A stretch of DNA of 64,000 bases from positions 1-64,000 of the forward strand of contig NIVC01001795.1 of the NCBI GenBank assembly GCA_002269645.1, read 5' to 3'. Every line of letters begins with the position of its first letter. Position 1 is the first letter of the stretch. Of the stretch, positions 61,270-64,000 are shown piece after piece. The stretch comes from Macrostomum lignano (taxonomy: Eukaryota). The position numbers were made by a program, and so were the translations under genes. Below the pieces are notes generated by a model, which saw nothing but the letters and a program-made list of their open reading frames with translations, was not told the DNA's origin and did not search any database.

Positions 61270-63773
61270 TCAAAGTCTGAGCAGTCTCACAGCCAGCAGC
61301 GGGGCTGCCGCGGCGAGAGCCGCAACCAGAGCTGCTGGCCCGGCCCTGGGACTGCTCACAGAAACTGTCTGATCGCTGAGCACGGTTCGAACTTTCTCAT
61401 CATTGAAGGTTTCCCCGCCAATGTTGCACAGGTCGGTGTGGCAGAACTCGCAGTTTTCCCAGCTGAACATGCCGCAGTGCGACTCGCAGCCAACCAGGAT
61501 GGACTGGAATTCGGGGGCGCGGATGGGCGAGTCAGTCTGTCACCGCCGCAAATCCAGGAATCTCAATTCATTTAGTTAGAGACATGGCGCACTTTAAGCG
61601 ACATTGTCTTATAACCAGCGAGAGGCATTACTTCCCATTCCGCCGACTTCCCTGAGCAGGCACACACTCACACAGGAGTGTACAGCGTCACTGTGATTTA
61701 GGGTTTGGGCCACCAGTACGTGATTCCAATTTAGCCCCAAATTAATGTGACGGCACTTGGATTCGAGCCTGGACCACAGCACATCAGAGCGCCGCGTCAG
61801 GCCACTAGGCTACGCCCCCACGGGATTTGGATACAGTATTTAGCAGGACAGCGACAGCTCAACTCACGTGGCCTGGCTTGCTGCTGGTTGAGCAGCTCTG
61901 ATTTCCAGCGCAAAAGAGTCGTGTAGGGGAGATGACGCGGTTTTTTTTCACCGAGACATAGCATCGCCTCAAGTTGGGCATCAGCGCCACCAGTTCCATG
62001 GCGAAGTTGGCATTGCAGCGGTCCCTGCTGCACTCGCGACAATCCGCTGCTCTCAAGTCAGGCGGGCATCGGCCGCAGTAAAACCTGGTGTGCTGCGTGC
62101 ATTGAGATTGAAGTACAATGGTTAATGCTCTAAGATCGTACAGTGGAAAGCTCAATATTTTTAAGTATCCGCGTGCATGGAGCAATTGGTACTCAGCTGT
62201 AAAGAAACAATTTTAGAAAGGCAACATGTACTGTTAATAAGGCATGAACCGATTTGCAAGACTGATAGTAGGGTTCTGTTAATGTTTTTGTAAGCAGCAA
62301 TCTTCTGCAAGCAATATTCTGCAAGCAATCTTCTGCAAGCAATATTCTGCAAGCAATCTTCTGCAAGCAATATTCTGCAAGCAATCTTCTGCAAGCAATC
62401 TTCTGCAAGCAATCTTCTGTAAGCGATCTTCTGCAAGCAATACTTCTGCAAGCAATCTTCTGCAAGCAATATTCTGCAAGCAATATTCTGCAAGCAATAT
62501 TCTGTAAGCAATATTCTGCAAGCAATCTTCTGCAAGCAATCTTCTGCAAGCAATCTTCTGCAAGCAATATTCTGCAAGCAATCTTCTACAAGCAAACTTC
62601 GTACTCTCTTATAGTCTGAGCGTCAAACCAGTCAATAGAAAGTCACCAGACAGCACTGCACAGCGCGCAGAATTTAAGCCAGGGTTAAAGTCTATAACAT
62701 ATCATGGACTTTGGCGCACAAATTTTAATTTATCCAAAAACTCTGCACAGACACCCCATCAAAAGTAACTTAAGCATCAACAAGATTTTTTTCAATATGT
62801 CAGCCTCTCACTAAAATTTCTGCCGAAGTGTTCCAATTCGGATTGCGAGTCTCCACGCAGACTTCGCTAGGGCGAGTCCGGCAAGTCGGCGATCCGCTTG
62901 GGAAGCTGGCGGTCAGGTCAGTCTGGTCGCCGTGATAGCAGGTCACCGGGGTCACAGAGCTGTTGGCGTTCGCTTGGCCTGAGTTAGAGATGAAATGCTT
63001 CATTTTAACCCATTGGTTTGTGATGTCTTTAAGGGCATTGTTGGATCTGTGGCTGCATGCAGAGCCGGCAGTCTGTCTCGCAGTCCCCCAGTCTCTACAC
63101 CTAGGTCTATATTCATATTCATATTGCATTTCTTTTCTAATACTTTTGTACACCATTTTTTGTTAATTCGCTTTCTAATTATAATTCTATTTCAAAGTTC
63201 AGTTTGAACTCGTAAAATAAAAAAATGTATCATTTTTGGAACGTGTATTGCAACTTATCTTAATCTTCTATTCAGTTTATCTGCACTATTATTATTTGCC
63301 CTCGTCTGCTTACTCTGTTTTCTCTCCCTCTCTGTCTAATTAAATTCTTATCTCTCTCCTTCACTGTGTTCTGATTGGCTCTTAAGCCTCGCCTCTTTCC
63401 TTAGTCGCGCATTCCATCCCTTTTTTTCTCTCTCCCTCGCTGCCTTCTGATTGGCTCTTAAGCCTCGCCTCTTTCCTTAGTCGCGCATTCCACCCCTTCT
63501 TTTCTTCTCTCTCCCTCGCTGCCTTCTGATTGGCTCTTAAGCCTCGCCTCTTTCCTTAGTCGCGCATTCCACCCCTTCTTTTCTTCTCTCTCCCTCGCTG
63601 CCTTCTGGTTGGCTCTTCAATTTCGCTTCTTTCCTCAGTCGCGCACTTCACCCCTCGAGTGATGCTTTCGGCTCGCTAAAAAAAGTGAATAACAGCCTGG
63701 CCGCGCAGGCCCCGAACTCACCGAGCTGGGCGCCAGCCACCAACAGGGCGACGAGAGTCCAGGCTGTCCACAT
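61270..63773 (-). CDS. Two-domain Ly6/uPAR-like (three-finger) GPI-anchored surface protein, 236 aa
   Basis: Exons 63773-63722 (signal peptide MWTAWTLVALLVAGAQLG), 62978-62812, 62092-61868, 61536-61270; two 8-Cys units ending CRECSRDRCN and CEFCHTDLCN; C-terminal hydrophobic GPI-like tail. Confidence 0.82.
62295..62592 (+). repeat. 14-bp minisatellite (GCAAGCAATMTTCT) in the Ly6-like intron 2
   Basis: Direct reading; CRRLLAEDCLQ pseudo-ORFs. Confidence 0.92.
63368..63652 (+). repeat. ~78-bp tandem repeat (3-4 copies) in the Ly6-like intron 1
   Basis: TTCTGATTGGCTCTTAAGCCTCGCCTCTTTCCTTAGTCGCGCATTCCA... repeated. Confidence 0.85.
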
Positions 63774-64000
63774 GGTTGCACTTTTTCACTTTGAGCTGGC
63801 AATAGTTTGCAATTGTTTTCGTCGAAACATACTCGTGATTTTTTAGCTATTCAAGTCTTCGAATCTAGTTAGTGATTGTCTACGGTAAAATCAATTTATA
63901 TTTTTATGCAAGTTACTTACAAAATACAAGGAATCGATTTCTGCGTTTTAAAAATTGCTTTTTTAGCTATTCTCTCAAATAGGTTACAAGGTGTTCCGAT

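Overview
Eukaryotic (animal) genomic DNA with GT-AG introns, GC-rich exons, many intronic minisatellites and TTAGGG repeats. The style resembles a free-living flatworm such as Macrostomum, but this is inference only. From left to right the window holds: (1) a decayed, intron-containing KDZ (Kyakuja-Dileera-Zisupton) transposase gene (about 2.95-6.65 kb) bracketed by inverted arrays of a G-rich 20-bp minisatellite; (2) a LINE 3' remnant and a non-autonomous Helitron-like element (11796-15360) carrying a 23-bp satellite, telomeric repeats and a triplicated 3' end; (3) three co-oriented + strand genes: a degenerate TRAF-like RING protein, TRIQK, and a 10-exon mitochondrial DNA polymerase gamma (POLG, 19502-38062) whose intron 5 contains an antisense intronless KChIP-like EF-hand gene; (4) a TNFAIP8-family gene on the - strand; (5) a 10.4-kb 22-bp satellite, which explains the spurious 3500-aa ORFs; (6) a - strand gene joining 28 ankyrin repeats in frame to a Mab-21/cGAS-like nucleotidyltransferase with the catalytic motifs present; (7) a two-domain Ly6/uPAR-like GPI-anchored protein gene. 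The most notable items are the ankyrin-cGLR fusion and the minisatellite-armed spliced KDZ element. All exon models were assembled by hand from splice signals and phase consistency; no database searches were run.
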